DNA from: Vicugna vicugna
Lineage: Eukaryota
Reading direction: 5' to 3'
Assembly (NCBI GenBank): GCA_013265495.1
Contig: MU063896.1
Coordinates: 15,929,140-15,993,139 of the forward strand
DNA length: 64,000 bases
Shown here piece after piece: positions 60,869 through 64,000 of the stretch (within the stretch, counting starts at the first letter, position 1; the number at the start of each line of letters is the position of its first letter). Position numbers and translations under genes: made by a program. Below the pieces are notes generated by a model. That model ran no database searches. It was given only the letters and a program-made list of their open reading frames with translations, and had not been told where the DNA came from.

Positions 60869-63800
60869 CGTGGTTTCTGGGTCGGCTGAAAACCGGCCAT
60901 TTGCTTTTCTATTCATCTTTATAATGGACTTTCAGAAGTGCATTAGACAAGGCCCCTGACCACTTTCGGATCCTTTCTGTTTTGCTGCAACCATGTTCCT
61001 TAAAAAAAAAAAAAAATCCGCACCCTCCTTGAAAAGCAGAATAAAAGGAGCAGAATATAAAATCCAAAGTCTGAAGAGTTTGTAAAGGAAAACAAACTGT
61101 AACTGGTGCTTAAAGCTGATCCAGAGAGTTTAAAGCAAAGCTGCGCGTGAACCACGTGTTGGGTCCCTTTTCCGGAAGCGCCATCCCCTCCTTGCAGGAG
61201 CTCCTGGGCCACGGCATTGGTCAGCTCAGACTTCAAGTGTGTCTGTTTGATGTGGTGTACTTGTGCTGGCCTTGTCAAAAAGGACATGATGCTTCTCAGA
61301 ACCTGTTCCATCTGTACGCCATTGTTCATGCCTTAAGAAATGCAAAGATGTACAATAAATCATTTTTTAAATGTGTGCTCCTAGGTTTATGTAAAGGACA
61401 GAGCTTTTGAATCATGGCATGATTCGCTTCCTGGGATCAGAAGAATTATGAGACTAACTTAAATGGATTGAAAAAAGTGAACAACATGTGCTTTACTTTG
61501 ATATATTGGTGACTGTATGGAGTGTCTGAAGGTCAAGAAGGAAAAGGTGTGCTAAGTAGAGCTCTGTATTCATGTTGCTCATCAATTTCCTGTCCCACAT
61601 ACAGCTAATAAACCATCCCTCTCCACCTAACCTCCCAGTGTGCCCTATTATTTGGCAATACCTGTATTTGGTTTGAACACTTGGCATCAGTGTGAAAACA
61701 TTGGAAGGAAATAACAAGAAGCATATGGAATTTCTCTGTGGGTTTAGGAGCATTACAGCATAACTATTTTTGAGTGAAGAGCAGTATAACCCGCATCTCA
61801 ATCCTGTGTCCAACCCATTGGCACTGTTGGAATTCCCCTGGGAACAGAAGCAAGAATACGAAAAGCTTATTTGCATTGTTTAATTGAGGTCTATGCAAAA
61901 TCATATTTCATGTTTTCATCAGGTGTTTCTGTATGATACATGACCACATATTGAGCATTTACCTTGCTATTGGCAGAGAGGTAAAACTTAATTAAGGAAT
62001 TTATCCATCCCAACAAAAAGGGAGAGGAGGAAGGGCAGAAATGTGTTTTGCAGACTTCAGGATTTGTTTTTTCCTTCACTAATAGACAGAGGCTTTTATT
62101 TTTGTAGGAACTTGCATTGGTATTCCTGAGTTTCTATCTGCAGATGACTATATAAATGCCTATGTAGTTAAAAAAAAAAAAAACTCTTTAGAGATTTCCC
62201 TAGAGAATTATAAAATTACGTATATTTTATTCTTAGTTAGGTTTTTATTCTTAGTTTCTTAGCATCAGGTTTTAAGTGTTATTTTAAACTCTGACAACAA
62301 GGTTACTGACATTTACGTTGTGTTACAAGGTGTTGGTTTTAGCATTGTTTCTCCTCATCAAAGCATTCCTAATAATGGCTGAGAGCATAAGGAAAACTCT
62401 GACGTCTCCACTAGGTGGAGCACGTCTTAGCTATCCTGAAACTCATTCCTCCTTTTATCTGAGTCCTTATGTTCTGTGTACAGTATGCAGTGGTGTAGAA
62501 TGAAATTTCACTGTCAAGGAAACTCCCTAATCCATTGCCAGCTCTGAGCACGTAAGCAACACCCTCCCTTGGTGTCTCAATGCCTTTCATTCCATTTTAA
62601 CTCTACAGCTGTCTTCCCCATGGTAGTAAAATTCCTCTTTGTCGAGTCTTTTTCTGCTCATTCATCTGGCCATCCTTTTGTCTGCATCTTGAGATACATG
62701 TCTTTAATTTTAAATACAATTAGAATTCTGTTCACTGAATGACTTGAATGACTGTTGACTTCCTCAGAAAAGTCTGTTCTCCCATAATTGGTAAAGCTTT
62801 AAATAGTATTTCCAGTAGTTCTGGTCTGCACTTACTAGCACTTCCCTGAAGAGTCTCCAAATTTTAGCCTAAAAATAAGGAAAGAACTCTGCAAAGTAAA
62901 GGTACTAAGGAAGTAGGAAGGTGAGGCACCAGGTGACCAATGGATATGCCAGTAAGGCAGCTGCAAGAGGACCCAGGACCCATGAGGGAAGCCACCACTG
63001 TACCTAGCATTGGGTTATGATTGAGAAAGAGTAACTAGTAGAATGGACCTTGACTACCTAATAAGTTCAAGGTACAAGTCAGGTAGGTGAATGTTGGTCA
63101 GAGCTAACCTGAAACTGTGATTAGGATTTCGAGATGGGAATGAGAAGAATGTCAAGTTAATTAAAATTGCCATATTCTTTATAATATCCCAGAGTTAGAA
63201 TCTCTTTTGAGATTCAGATAACCTGATTAGACTTCTGGTTCAAGTGATCATTTCAGTTTGGGATAACACTTCTGTTGGACCTGATTCACAAATCTCCTCA
63301 TCGAACGTTCATACCCACATTCTTTTGGTTGGTTCATCCCCCGTTTCTTTTTCACTTTTTGTTTATTTGGTGATTATAGCATTGTGAGACTTACTCTGGA
63401 ATTTTCATCTGCAGAATCTTGGGGCTTTTGAGACTGGTTTAAACAGCAAAAGGATAGAATATATGTTAGATCATTCTTGATAAAATCTGACTTATTTCTT
63501 AGAATTTTATGTAAATCTTTATTTCGGAGGCACTTTTCCACCCTAAAACAACATAGGATAGAAGAGGGCTTAATATATCTTTATACCTCCGCTGTGATTT
63601 ATTCCTAAGCTCCTTCATCTTTTTGAGCTGGTCATGAAGGAAAGCAGTAAGAAGTGACGATGGTCCCGTGGCTGTGGCTAGATGGAACAGCTCGACAGCA
63701 CACGCCACACATAGGGCCCGGCCAGAAACTATTTTGCTTCTGATGCTGCTACCCAGGGTATAAATTTAGTCTCGGATTTTGCTGTAATTTTATTGAGTTT

Positions 63801-64000
63801 TTTTTAATTAAGTCATTTTTCATGAGTTACTTTAAAACACCCCATAATTTCCAAGCAGTTGTAAAAATAAACCTCGTTTGAGATACCTTTTCATACTACA
63901 GATCAATTATATGTGACATCAAAACTACCGAATGTATGTTGGTAAGAGAAACCAAGGAGTTGTTTGTTTTTTTCCAGTTAAAAGAGGGCTTTATTCATAG
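60869..64000 (+). other. OSBPL6: Probable OSBPL6 3'UTR; true end not determined
   Basis: Follows the terminal coding exon; AT-rich; AATAAA hexamers at 61040, 61354, 61607 and 63866. Confidence 0.55.
61349..61392 (+). terminator. Candidate proximal polyadenylation signal
   Basis: TGTA (61349-61352) directly before AATAAA (61354-61359), then T- and GT-rich sequence. Confidence 0.45.

Noticed and set aside
1-64000. LXR DR4 element, expected because OSBPL6 is reported to be LXR-responsive
   Set aside because: No convincing DR4 seen by eye and the promoter is outside the window; needs a PWM scan.
1-64000. CRISPR arrays, rRNA, snRNA/snoRNA, non-canonical or U12 introns
   Set aside because: None recognised; vertebrate intronic DNA, and all 21 traced introns are GT-AG.

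Overview
Mammalian genomic DNA containing most of the OSBPL6 gene (oxysterol-binding protein-related protein 6, ORP6) on the + strand. I traced 22 coding exons from 130 to about 60788. All introns are GT-AG and the phases join into one open frame of 881 visible codons, covering the PH domain, the EFFDAQE FFAT motif and the ORD with its EQVSHHPP signature. The first coding exon lies upstream of the window, the stop codon falls in an N gap (60729-60868), and probable 3'UTR follows. Four Vic-1-like tRNA-derived SINEs point to a camelid (inference). Introns hold a 5'-truncated L1, older L1/L2/MIR/MLT1/MER5 relics, an antisense ERV solo LTR, microsatellites and four N gaps. I see no evidence of a new protein-coding system; other ORF-track entries look like exon read-through, repeats or noise. 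The best leads are regulatory: an LTR with an exact compressed SOX-OCT motif plus intact CCAAT/TATA elements, a probable cassette exon hidden in the 145-N gap, a distant branch point before a 93-nt exon, and an L1 fragment abutting the FFAT exon acceptor. Repeat family names and orthologue comparisons are from memory; no searches were run.
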